The translations under genes were made by a program, and so were the position numbers. 64,000 nt of DNA from Selaginella moellendorffii (taxonomy: Eukaryota; Plantae; Lycopodiophyta): the NCBI RefSeq assembly GCF_000143415.4, contig NW_003314321.1, positions 124,001 through 188,000 of the forward strand, read 5' to 3'. The first letter of the stretch is position 1; each line of letters opens with the position of its first letter. The notes beneath the pieces are model-generated. The model was not told the DNA's origin and did not search any database. It saw nothing but the letters and a program-made list of their open reading frames with translations. Shown here in pieces: positions 12,004-24,639 of the stretch.

Positions 12004-14000
12004 CTACAACTTAATAGTAGTAATGCTTGCTTGGTGTATATAAATATCCACCTTAGGATTATGGTGTAAGATATTGATGAAGATGTAATACATATACTTG
12101 CAAGGAGTATATACCTTCTTATGTTCCTTGCACTTTATAAAGTTTGGATATGTGCAAAAAGGAAAGTCTTGAATAGCAATTTTATACTCTGCACCTTTTG
12201 TTTTCATTGTGTACTCTTTCATTAAAGCAATGATGTATATTAGAGAGAGAATTTCACACAAGTGTTTGAGATAAACTTATTTTACCCTACTTCTATTTGG
12301 AGATGGTACCAATAGATTTTAATGCCTTACCTTTTCTTGCCTCTTGTGGATTTTTGTAGGAATAGTATTAGTTCTGTCACTCATATTTCCAACTCTCCTC
12401 CTATTAAGTTTAAAATCAGATTTCTTAAGGTTTTCAATTCATTTGAAGTGAGTGCATCCCTATTAGCAACTGGCTATTCTTTAGTAATACATTAGGTTTT
12501 GTCACTATAGAGTCTTCAAGCCACTTTATATAGTTGGTATCAATGTTACAACAAAATAGCTAGCACCATCTCAAAAAAATTTCTTGCTTTCCTTGCCTAT
12601 GGAAATATATTAGTATAGAAGTAGATTTATCACTACAAATCCAAGCTCAACATTTACCCCTTGAAAGCATCCCCACACATTTTACATTAGAGTTTGCTAA
12701 CACTTATTAAATTGCCCATTGCCTCAGTTCTATGCTACAGTAAGTGATTTCAACTTATTGTGATAAGCTCTCTTTATTAGCCACTTAAACTTGCTTAATC
12801 TGGGGGAGGTGTCTTATAATAGAATCATATTTAACATGAGGGCTTTGAGAGCTTTTTTGTACCAAGGGTAGTAGAGCAAAACCCAAGTTTCAAAGTTTTA
12901 AGCCACTAAAAAAAGGGATAGAGCCAAATTTCCAAGTATATAGCTAAGAAGTGAAAGAACTAAAGCATGGAATGAGTTCAAAGAGTACAAGCCATAAAGC
13001 AAAGGGACAAAAAGTACAAAGCAACATTGGAATAATTTTAGAGCATCTAGCATCCCAATGCTATAACTAACATGCAAAACAGAGCTAAACAAATTTTAGT
13101 GTTATTTTAGCATATTAGTGGTATAATGCAAGGATATAAGTATTCCATCAACTAGCATGGTATGAAGCTTGGGCTTAAACCCAAGTTAAACATAAAAAAA
13201 GAATAGGCATGCAAGTGAGTTTAACTATATCTTAGATTAGTCAATCATGCCCAACTTAGCCACTATAACTATTATACATTTGGAACCCCTACCCCATCCC
13301 CCAAGCAACACCATCTCATAAATCTTGCTTACTTTCATTGCCCATAGAAACATGTTGGTATAGAATTATAGAAGTAGATTTATCACCATGGATCCAGGGT
13401 TAGCATTTTCCCTACACATCTTACATTAAATTTTGTTGGCACTCGTTGAATTGCCTATTGCCTCGGCTTTATGTTATAGTAAGTGATTTCAACCTATTGT
13501 GATAAGCTCTTTTCATTAGCCACTTAAGCTTGCTCAGCCTAAAGGCAATGTTTTGGAGCAAAATAATACTTAATATTAGGCCTTTGAGAATTTTTCTGTA
13601 GCACATGTGGTTTTCACTCTTTACTCTATAATGATTTATTATAAGATAACCATAAAATAGAACCTAAACCCTTGGACATGGGCAATAGAGAAAAACCTAA
13701 GTTTTAAGGCCTTAGACCACTAGATAAAGGGAGAAATTTAAACTCTCAAGTATATAGCCAAGGAGTGAAGAAATTAAAGCATAAAATGACTTCCAAACAT
13801 ATAGCCAAGAAATAAAAAGACAAGAACACAAAGCACCATCGGAACAGTCCTAAAGTATCTAGCATCCTAATGCTAGAATAAATATGTAAAATAGAGCTTA
13901 ATGGAGTTTGACATTATTTTAATATATTGGTGGTCTAACGCAAGGATATGGGTAATTCACCAGTTATATGGAGATTGGGTTTAGACCCAAATCAGATGCA
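12004..14000 (-). repeat. Decayed tandem duplicates of the MULE transposase 3' (SWIM) region and flanking DNA
   Basis: 12004-12830 parallels 14307-15150 (IAIQDFPFCTYPNF...PCKYMYYIF). 13310-13600 is a further partial copy. 12860-13200 parallels 13680-14000. Confidence 0.7.
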
Positions 14001-14306
14001 GTGGGAGCAATAACAACTTTATTTGGCAAAGTTTGTTGAGAAGGAGTGCAGACCATACTTGAGCTCATGAGTTGAGCTCAATTTTTAATTGTAATATAGT
14101 ACAAATATTATAAACTTTTAAATTTTAAGGTTATGGTGAACTTAATAATTTCATAACTCTCTATATATTATATATATATAAATATTCTTATAAAGTAAAA
14201 TGATAAAAAAAATTTATTAATTATATAATGTATAATAAGTTTATATTAATAATAGAGAATAAACATCGATAGTGTTGGAAAAATCTAGTTAGCTTCAAAA
14301 GTTTTC

Positions 14307-17300
14307 TACAACTCAGCAATAATAAAGCTTATTTGGTGTATATGAATATTCATTTTAGGATCCTAGTACAAAATGTTGATAAAGATGTAGTACATATGCT
14401 TGCAAGGAGCATATGCCTTCCCATATTTCTCGCACTAGAAGGAAAGTCTTGAATGGCAATTATGTACTTTCCACCTTCTGTTTTGATTATGAACTCCTTT
14501 GCAAGCGCAGTGATGTACTTCGCGAAGAGAATCTCACACTCAAGTGTTTGAGCCAAGTTTATTTTACCTTGCTTCTACTTAAAGATGATACCAATAAATT
14601 TAACTGCCTTACTTTTTCTTGCTGGCCTCCTATGCATCTTTATAGAAACAGTCTTGGTTTTATCACTCATGTCTCCAACTCTCCTTTCAAAATTGAAACT
14701 AGATTTCTCAAAGTTTTCAATCTCATCCGAGGTGAGCACAATCCCATTAGCAACCGGCCATTCTATAGGTACTGCATCAGACTTAGTCACTATAGTGTCT
14801 TCAAGCCACTTTGTATGATTGACATCAGTGCTACAACAATATAGCTAACACCATCTTGAAAATCTTGTTTGCTTTCGTTCATCATGGAAACATGGGGCTG
14901 AAATGGAAGCAAACTTGTCACCACAGATCCAAGGCTAACAATTGCCCCTCAGAAGCATCCCCACACACTTTACATTTGATTTTGTTGGCACTTGATGGAT
15001 TGCCCATTGATTTAGCTCCATGCTATAATAAACAATTTCAACCTGTTGTGATGCACTTTTTTCATCAGCCACTTGAGGTGGCTCGGTTCGGGGGCAATAT
15101 TTTAGAGCAGAATGATACTCAATATTATGCCTGTGAGAGCTTTTTGCTTTAAAATCTGTGCCAACTTCTTCACCAACAAAGGAAAAACAACGCTTTGAGT
15201 GGATGGTCATCACGTCACCAATAGAAGCCCAGGGAGTGTACTCCATAGATGTGCCACAGACCACTTCCTCCACTACAGTTGCCACTATTCATGCTGGTGG
15301 AGTCACTTTTTTTTTCATCTGATCATATAACATCTCAACCGAAAGTCCTATTCCCATATATCTTCCTTCCTCAAATGCCAAGGCTTTTGAAAACTGCTCT
15401 ATAGTGCGTATTAAATTTGATAGACATGCTTCATATAGACTTATCTTCCCTTTCCCTGCCTTAGAGGAATGCTAACTCTAATGCTTATTCTTTGAGAGAT
15501 TCATAGTTGGGGTGTATGCAAGATCCTTAAGTGGTTGATCCTAATAATAAGATGATATTAAAAAGCAATAAAAAGAGAGGAAAAAAAGAAAAACCAACCT
15601 GAAAAGAGTGATATCCCTATTAGAACATTCTACCACCTCAACCACGACTCAAGTTGTGGTAGATAACTTACGTCTGTATGGCCATCTTCACGCCACCACA
15701 TTCAAATCTCATTTGCTTTTTCCTCATACTCTTCTTCAGAAGGTGTAACTTGCCATTGTTTGCACAACTCTTTAAATGCTAATTGAAAATCTAGTTAGAT
15801 AAGGTAGTGTTGGTTTAGGCTTTGAGCCCAATAGAACTCACAAATCCTTTCACGACCTTCTAGGGGTTGACCATTCCCAAAGACTGCCTAGACACCATTC
15901 CAATTAGCCCTAGCCCCATCTACCATGAAACCGCAAAAGTTGGCAGGCTTACTAGTCCGCTGCAATACAATGTCGGAGAGGGACTTCCAAAATATTTCCT
16001 GAGCCATCTGGTTTTATACTTTAAACTCTGTTGTTGCAATTGTCAAGTTACAATGTAACTTGTGAAAAAGGCAATGCTTAAAACCATTTTAAGATAATGA
16101 GAAAAAATAAGTACCTTGGATCATACACATGAGCTCCCATGGTTGTCCAACCCGCTACCCGCTCCATATGGTCAAAATGTACTCATGCATTAGCAAGGTC
16201 ACTTGACCTTGGCATATCCATTTGGGAAACAAAATCCACACCAGAGGTAGGGCCTATAATAGATATTTTGAAGACGAAGGGGCGCTCTTGCTCACTAACG
16301 ATTTGATCTGGAAATAAACTCCTATGGATAAATTTGTAGGAACAAGTCCGTTTTAGTTCAAGGATAGAGTCGATATTTTATTAGAGTTTCCCCTCTTGAG
16401 ATTCACACATCCAAGACTTTATCCTAAATAAAACAAAATGTAAGAGAGATATTTTTGAAAAGTATGTAATAATATTTTTGTACCTCTTGAGGCTAATTGT
16501 AGGTTGCACATGTCGTAGTAACTCCCACAAGCTACCCTCATCCAATTGAGTATTCTTGCAGTCCGGATCAAGTAAAGTGCTTGCGATAAAATCCTTGAGC
16601 ACTATCTTTTGAACATGCTTCGGAGTTGCAAATGAGTTTCTCATAGTCTCTATATGCACTGCATCTTTGAAACGGTTGACTAAACTCCTTTGTATCCCTT
16701 CTTGCATTGGATGTATGTGTGTGCTAATATGTATTGCAGCTCTATTAGCCTTTCCATCCCATGGAAGAAAATAATACATTTTGGCCCCGCAAATGGCATG
16801 ACACAATGGAGCATTCTTGCAAAACCGACACTTAAACCCAACACCAATGGTGTCACAAATGGGAGGATTGATTGCAAATCTTTCAAACAATGTGGAGTTT
16901 TTACCACATTCTCAATTGCATGCTTTATTCACACAATCTAAATACCCACCACCATGAACCATGGACACTATGCCTTCAAAATGCTAGAAATGTGTGGTCT
17001 TGATCTTGCACCAGTTGTGGATGTTCTACTTGATCTCCATCCCCTTTCATTTTGAGCTGACAAGAGGTGGTAGTTCAAAGAAGATATTGCCATTGTATGT
17101 AGATGGGAGCTCGCTAACGGGCCTATGCAAAAAGGAATACACGTTGATCAAGAGGCGGGAAAACTGGAAAGCGTTGCAAACAACTTTGAATATCAGTGAA
17201 GTTGGAGTTTGGAAATTCTTGGCTCGCACTAAACTAACATCTCCACTAAAATTAGAAAAGGAAAAAATGATGACGATTGACTCTTGCTTCACATTCACTT

Positions 17301-17453
17301 TGGCAAGATCGCAGCCTCGCATTTTGATTGGAGATCCAAAAACTCGAATCTCCTTCAACTTGGAATGTTGCAAATCCCAATGTTGTCCACCTTCACCTAC
17401 ACCCGAAAGAAGAACTCCAATTGTTCAACTACATCAATGTTGTTGCGAATCAT
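14307..17453 (-). pseudogene. Mutator (MULE)-like transposase with GCM/WRKY-type Zn finger and C-terminal SWIM finger, decayed
   Basis: Manual translation gives CRFC...CGAKMYY...HIHP, VHFDHMERVAGWTTMGAHVYDP, IFWKSL...FCGFMVDGARANWNGV, ICEFYW (the CxxH position) and SWIM-like PCKHMYYIF. Many stops; the 5' end is uncertain. Confidence 0.75.
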
Positions 17454-18559
17454 AGCCTCCAATGAAATAGAACCAAGATAAAGATCGAAACATTGGTAAA
17501 GAAACTTTCTGAAATAAAACTTTGGGAGAAAGAAAGCGGTGGGTGATCTTGGTAATGCAAAAGAAAACTCTTCATTTTATTGCCTTTAGGTTTTGGAACT
17601 TTGAACTTTTATAAGGAAAGGTCACCTCAAACATGTGCTATGCCATTATGTGAAAAGCAAGGGTGATTTTATTCTAGGATCTAACATTGAATAATGTTGT
17701 TATAATAAATTCTATATGAAGTATAAAGGATTATGTTGTACAATATTAAAAGTTTGTATATATTGAATTCAAAAACATGCTTAAAGTTATTATATAGGGT
17801 AACTTTTAGTAGAACGGAAAGAAATATCACCTCAAGTATGTGCCATAATATGAAAGACAGGAATGATTTTATTTTAGGATCTACCATCAACAATTGTTGC
17901 CAAACAAATTAAATATTGTACATATTTTTAGTACTTCATTAAAGTCAGAAATCATCACATTCTTCTGAACTCATTTAAATATATTCCATCTTTCTACTAC
18001 CATTTATCACCTATAGTAAATTATCTATAACATTGCTTTGGAAATAACACCTTACGATTTTAATAATCTTATATTTCTGACAAGATTCTATGACTTGCAA
18101 GAAACACATAATTCTCATTTATAATTTCGTACTGTGATCAATACAACACATGCGTCCATGACATTATTTCCACATTATGGCATAGTCATATTAGACACAC
18201 CTCTATTATTAAATTATACATCAACTATTACATTTCTGCTGGCACCTCTGGTAAGTTCTTGACGTTCTTCTACGATCTCTGTTGATCTGGCTTTCATAAT
18301 TGAAAAGGACTTTGTCACATGATCAAATCTAGGGCAGAATAAAAATTGTACATTGCTAGCAAATATTTGCAGAATGTAATAGAGATTTACTGCATCCACG
18401 ATGAATGGTTGTGATGAAACTTAGGTTAAGGTTAGAGTGGCTGCTGGCATTAGAAAGTAGAGCAGTGACTGTGGGATCCATCAGCGTCAAACAAAATGCC
18501 GCCAAGAGTAAGTTTTTTTTTTCTACTCCACTCCCTCGTTACTCCACCTCAACACCAAG

Positions 18560-18900
18560 CATCACCGCGTGCACCAAGTGCTGCCACATTGCAGTGCCCA
18601 GCGCCACCGCACCCACGCAGCACCCAGTGCCACCGCACCCACGCTGCGCCCAGCGCCAAGTGCCCATCACGCCATGCCCATGCCACTCCCAGCGCCCAGC
18701 CTCTCTAGCGCCACCGTGCCCAGCATCAAGTACCCAGCTGCCACACCCAGCACCTAGCACCCAATACTGCCACGCCCAGTGCCCAGCACCAGCCACTGCC
18801 ATGCCACAGCACACCAGCAAAGTAGCCCAAGCACTCGGCTAGGCATGATGACCCATGGCACACCACACAGTGACGCACGGCATGCGGCACGGTGACGTGT
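18560..18900 (+). repeat. GC-rich degenerate tandem repeat (CCCAGCGCC/GCACC-like) between the divergent genes
   Basis: Repeated gcacccagtgcc / gcgcccagcgcc units in AT-rich surroundings. Confidence 0.7.
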
Positions 18901-18974
18901 GGTCCACCGGACCACTATCATGCAATCACTTCTTATGAATTTTTATTTTATAATGAGTTTTTTTTTATTTTCAG

Positions 18975-21900
18975 AAACTCAAACAACTACAAAAGAATAA
19001 GGATGTTGGATCAAAGAGAACAAGACATGAGGAAGATGTGATCCAAGATGACAATCAATTTGACCTTCAAATAGAAATTTTCACAGCAACAACTTTACTG
19101 TCTTTGCAACCAGATACCTCTAGTCCACATGCACCTCCATTTTTGCCACCATTGCATCGATGCCACCACCACCATTACCACTCCCACCACCTTCACTGCC
19201 ATTGTCACCTCTACCTTCACCACCACCATTACCACCACCGCCATCATCGCCATTACCACCACCACCGCCACCAGCAGCACCATTGCAACCATTGTCGTCA
19301 CTGCCATTGCTATCACAATCACAAATGCCACTACTTTTAACATATTCACAAAATATGGCAGAAACTAACTACATTATGGAGCAATGCCCAGGTGTGCCTA
19401 ACCAGGGTGTTGGGCCTAAGTTGGGGGCTAGATCTGATAATGGTGCTACTGGAGGTGTAGCGGAAGTTGAAAGAGAAGTGGAGTTATCTAAACACATTGT
19501 AAACAAGCACTTCCAAAAGACAGTTTTGAAAACCAAAGAGAAGGCCATTCATATGACTCTAGAGTCTCTCAAATGGGAAAGCCCAGGAGACATGATCTAA
19601 GAAATCCCACTATGTCGATTCACTCAGACAAGGATTATTTGGTCTGCTTCACCTCACTTTGTCAATATAGACATCTATAGTCTGTACAAACAAAATGGCT
19701 TTGGGACAAACATAGGTATGTTCCTTGTTTCAGTCTTCAAGCTAGAAACGACAAATACCCTCTTGGTGTCACTGGAAATTGAGAGGGTTTGGGATGACAT
19801 TTGGAAAATGAAGTGTTGTGAATTTGATAACATGCTTATGAGCCATCCTAAGACTCAATCATTTGTGGGGAAAATGTTTTACATTATTGACGGGAATCAT
19901 CATTAGTGTGCATGGATGAAGTACATCAATGAATGCTTCCAAGACGATCCTATCTATCACATCAATGTTCCAATTGGACATGTACACGCAAGAGGATCTC
20001 TAGATATGGCTAAGCTTGTGATAGCTTGCCACAAAATTAATGCGTAAGTACCTCTCCCTCTTCAATCATTTTTAACAATTTGTGTTTTGTAGGCTAAGAC
20101 AATTTGCAATGTAGAAACAAAGCCTAGTACATAATATCTAGCAAATCCGGTTTCTTTCGAATCTCGACGAGGATGTAGTCTGCAGCCACTATGCTAATGA
20201 TTTAGCATCACTTATTTGGCATCAACAAGGTTGTCAAGATGCCAATAGATGGTACAAGAATCTAGTGGTTTTTATGATAGCCGTGTGGAGTAAGGTATGT
20301 TCTTCTAAGTATACTTCTTGTCATAGAATGTTTGTGTTGTCTTCAGCCATTGGTGAAGGTTAGGCAAGATGCATATGCACAGTCACATCGAGCTGAAAAT
20401 GATCAAGAACTCTCAGAGCATCTAGCTGCAATTGACAAGAAAATCAACATCATAAAGAAGACAAAGGTAAGGAAATTACTTCGTGTGGCTGACCCTTGAT
20501 GCCCAAAGGAGTGGTTTGATATCATAACAGAGATTGCTTGTCATAAAAGTAAGTATTATTTGCGTTTACATGAAAGTTACTCACAAAAGTTATTTCTTAG
20601 TGGGCAAGACTCCAAATAAGATTATTTACAACATCTCAAAGTCAAGGCTTACATATGAGGAATAGATACACATTCTGAATGACCTCAATAACAGACTCAA
20701 GGAAGGAGAAAAAGGTTTGGACAATATTATGGAGACTGTGATAAGGAGGACCATCTACATTTCACAAATTATATACTTTCATTCAAGGACTTTGTCACCA
20801 CTAAGCTTACAAAACTCGGAAAGGGCTGGGTGCCAAAGAAGGCCACAAGCATGATTCCATTTGATAAACAACTTGGCCAACTTTACTTCATGCGGCAAAC
20901 GGCTTTCAGATCACATACAATTTCTCAACTATACTAAATTTGTTTATATTCTATTATAGGTATCTCCAATATAGAGGCATTCCTCATGAAACACTGGTAT
21001 ACAAATGACTCCTGAGGCATAGTGTGAGAGATGAAGGCATGTACTCGACAACAATGAAGTTTCCAGCAGCAATAAAGCGAGCTTGTCCTTGGGAATTGGA
21101 GATGCCAGATTATACACTAACCCACCAAGAGGCTACAAGAGGCAACAATGAAGATATGCCGGATGATGAAGATGATGGCTATAAGAATATCAACACTGTT
21201 GGTGCTAATGGCGAGGAGAGTGAAGATGGCAGTGAGAAATTCCTCAAGACAAAGTGGAGCAAGAGAACCAGAATGTACAAGAAGTTCTACCTCAACGAAA
21301 GCATGTAAATCCACATCTAGAGGAATTAGTTAACAATGATGATGATTTTCCAAGATGTGCCCGTAATCAAGGAACTTCCCGAGGTATATTTCTCTTAATT
21401 CTCTCCTATTCTTAGTTCCTTAAAATGGTTGCAGTAAAAATTGTCAGGAGCAACTTCATTCCAGCTTGTCTTGATGCCCAAGAAGAGGACCTAGAGAAAC
21501 TTATATCTACCACACACCACATCAGAGTATATACATTTTTCTTAAGTTCACATTTTACCTTTATCTTCTCCCCCTAGATTTGCTCTGTTTCTCCAATGGC
21601 ATTCCATGGTGAAGTTGGGATCTTTATTGGCTCCTACAGTTCATTGATGGCATCTTTCAAAGAAGATGCTGAGAATATGGCTACAATGGTTTTGCCAGGG
21701 TATGATAGCTTTATTGACATCATACCAAATCTTATAAACGACAATATCTACAACACATTGTCTAGGTATTGGTTCCGATTTCCATTGGCAATGCATATCT
21801 TACTTGAGCTTTATTGCCCAATTAGGGGTGTTGTCATTGATTATACAGCAAGTAGTGGTTTAATGGTCAAGGCAGCACATGACTTTGGTAAATCGGTATT

Positions 21901-21979
21901 TGCGATTGAAAAATATGAGTTCTTCAAACACCATCTTAGAGGTTTTTGTCCTTCTCTATCAGTTGCTTCTAGGAGGTAA
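18975..21979 (+). pseudogene. Multi-exon accessory gene: poly-Pro + ParB/Srx-like domain + C-terminal N4C/N6A DNA-MTase-like domain
   Basis: 19160-20043 is one frame read through stops: EIPLCRF...GMFLVS...WDDIW...GKMFYIIDGNHH*CAWMKYI. The last exon reads LAMHILLELYCPIRGVVIDYTASSGLMVKAAHDFGKSVFAIEK, matching the SAM-binding motif I region of beta-class amino-MTases. Confidence 0.7.
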
Positions 21980-22450
21980 TTTATGATGTTTTAAAAAGTT
22001 ATATGCAATATATATTTAGTTTTCTAGAAGTCTTCTTGAGTATGCATGGCACAACATATGTAATGTGTAAATTGAGGAGTGGTATGAGAAATCTATTTAT
22101 TAATGATACATTAAAAGACAATTGAATGCATCCACTTGCAATGAGAAAGATGTATCACACGTCAATGTGATAATAATTGTGACAGTGATAGTGTCAATGC
22201 AGCAGATAGTGACAGTGACAGACACAGTGTCAGTGTTAGAGATGACAGAGTTACAGTGTCAATTTGTCAAATTTCATAATTACTAGTATTATGAGTTTAC
22301 TATCTATATGCAATACAATTTTGTTAATAAAAAAAAAGGCGAGAGGGGGGAAGGGGGGGGGGGGGGAAGGAGGGGGGGAGATGGATAATACATAGTGTAA
22401 GAATTATTAGTAGCTAGAATTTTCAATAGGATGGCCTAAAAATACTATAT

Positions 22451-22969
22451 TCAGCACTTGTGAATGTAATATTTACTAACAGAATATTGTTCTTTACTAT
22501 GAAGCGATAATGGTTGTGTTCTTAACTCTTTCTTAATTTTCTTATACATCCATTTATGCACACCTTCCACACAAGTTTTTGGGCAATTTTGATAGTGTTC
22601 TAGAAAAGTTTCTAGACCCATACAGTCTTTTGTTTTATCTAAATAAAAGTAGCAAATGGGATACTGGAAATAATATGTATTCATTCTTTCAAAAGTTTCA
22701 ACCATATCTGGAGCAAGATCTTGAAGAAACATCTGGCATCACTCTTGAAGCATATGAGGCAATCCATCTTTAGTAGCAACATCTAGAACATTATTTGGAA
22801 GAGGGATCTCTTGTTCAGTCACACTTGGGGCTACAAAAGAAAAAACCTTATAATGATTATTGTGTGGAGGGAAGGGTGAAATGTTGGTAGAAGTTGAAGA
22901 CAAAGGTGGAAATTTATATAAAACATATGGGGGCCAAGTGCAAGTAGTAATAACATTTTCCTTAGCCAT
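22451..22969 (-). pseudogene. Small Cys/His protein, copy 1 (unknown family)
   Basis: ORFs 22739-22969 and 22451-22732 are in frame across one TGA. Paralogous to 23265-23785. Confidence 0.55.
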
Positions 22970-23264
22970 TCCTACACTTTAAACAAACTAAAATTTCAAT
23001 GTTGAAAGCATCCCTTGTCGGTATTTATACTAAGAAAAGATCTAGGGGTTCTTGAAAGTGTAAATTGTCAGTCTCAAAAATGGGACTTTAAAATTATAAT
23101 AGTGTCAAAACTACTTGTATATATAATAATGTCTTTATATATGCTAGAATACTATCATTCTTGAAAATATAAGATTCTCCACTTTACTCATAATGAACTA
23201 AACTTTTGAAGAAATTGTGCATAACTTTCACATTATGTTAAAGGGTGGCCTAAATATCTTATAT

Positions 23265-23785
23265 TCAGCACTTACTAATATAGTGTTCACCAATGAAATA
23301 TTGTTCTTCACCATGAAATCATAATAGTTGTGTGTTTTTAATTTTTTCTTGATTTTTTTATACATTCAATACGTGTGCACACCTTTCAAACCCACTCTTG
23401 GGCATTTGCGACAATGCTCAATAAAATTTACCAAACCCATGCAACCATCTGTCTTGTTTAAATAAAAATTACATGTAGAACACCAAAAATAATATGTATC
23501 TACATTAAGCTCTTATGCCATATTTGGAGCAAGATCTTGAAGAAAATGTTGACATCACTCTTGGAGCATTGAAGGTAATCCAACTCTTTTAACAATATCA
23601 TAAGGAAGGAATTCTTGTTTAGTTGCAGTCAAGGTCGTAAATGGAAAAGCCTCACAACAACCTTCAAAATGAAAAGGAGGATTATTATGTAGAGGTGAAG
23701 GTGAATTATTGGTTTAGATTGAAGATGGAGGTGGAGACTCACATGAGAGGCTTTCATGACCAAAAGTAAACTTCTTTTTAACCAT
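23265..23785 (-). pseudogene. Small Cys/His protein, copy 2
   Basis: Manual translation: GLPSMLQE*CQHFLQDLAP...YYFWCSTCNFYLNKTDGCMGLVNFIEHCRKCP. It aligns with copy 1. Confidence 0.55.
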
Positions 23786-24299
23786 TGCAACACACAAAAA
23801 GAATTAAACTTCCCAACAATAAGAATTCTTTGATTAATATATTATATTTAAATCTCAGAAATGATGTTTTAATATGACATGACAATATATTGAATCATAA
23901 TTATCAGTCTCAGTAATTACAACCTACTATGAGAGACAAGTGGCTATGGATTCCAGAAGCTAAAAACTAACATATAATTAATACGTAGCCTTATTTTATA
24001 TAGCTAGCTTACCATATATAATAATGGAAAATGCACACAGGCATACGAGTGTGCCTTTTTGCAAGATTACCTTTCAATCTCAAAATCATATATAGATTTA
24101 ACTCTTTAATTTATCCACCACATCATATATATTACACACTTATACTCTTTGCAAAGATAAAACATATCAAAAGGAATAAGATATATATTAAAAACTTACT
24201 TTTTTTTTATAATATTTTAGTGGATTACAAAAGCTATTGAAATTTTTATAAGCAAAACAAAGGTAATGGAGTTTGGCGCAAATTCAGTATATTAGAGCA

Positions 24300-24391
24300 A
24301 ATGGTCCAGATTGAAATCAATCTGATGGCTATCAAAATCCCTCTACACTAATATTAGTATATGGCATTATAGCCGTACACTTGGACCTCAC
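24300..24391 (-). mobile_element. Solo LTR fragment of the gypsy family whose LTR lies at 59290-59463
   Basis: The reverse complement matches tgtgagg-ccaagt-tacggcta...tactaatattag...atctggacca. Confidence 0.7.
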
Positions 24392-24639
24392 ATATTTATA
24401 ATTAATATTTTAATTAAAAGTATTATAAATATGTTAATGCAAGAATATTTAAATAATTAAACTCTAGCATATTTTTATTTTTATACCAGCTAGTACTATT
24501 AAACAGAGATAAAATTATCTTGAAAATTTATATTTATAAAAGTCTTAAAAGTTTTATTTTAACTTAATTCATAATTAAATGACATATAAATGTCTTATTT
24601 AATTAGTGAGTTCCAATTATATCATTTAGTCTTCTCGTT

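Larger units (their letters stand above)
11960..23800. mobile_element. Large MULE-like transposon relic (element 2) with accessory genes; boundaries approximate
   Basis: MULE transposase (-), divergent ParB/MTase-like gene (+) and two small Cys/His paralogues. No TIR was recognised. Confidence 0.5.

Noticed and set aside
19038-19368. Poly-His and poly-Thr ORFs
   Set aside because: They are alternative frames of a (CCA)n tract; the poly-Pro frame is the one continuous with the ParB-like region.
22739-22741. Shared TGA as selenocysteine or programmed readthrough
   Set aside because: Land plants lack the Sec machinery and copy 2 has other stops, so mutation is the simpler explanation.
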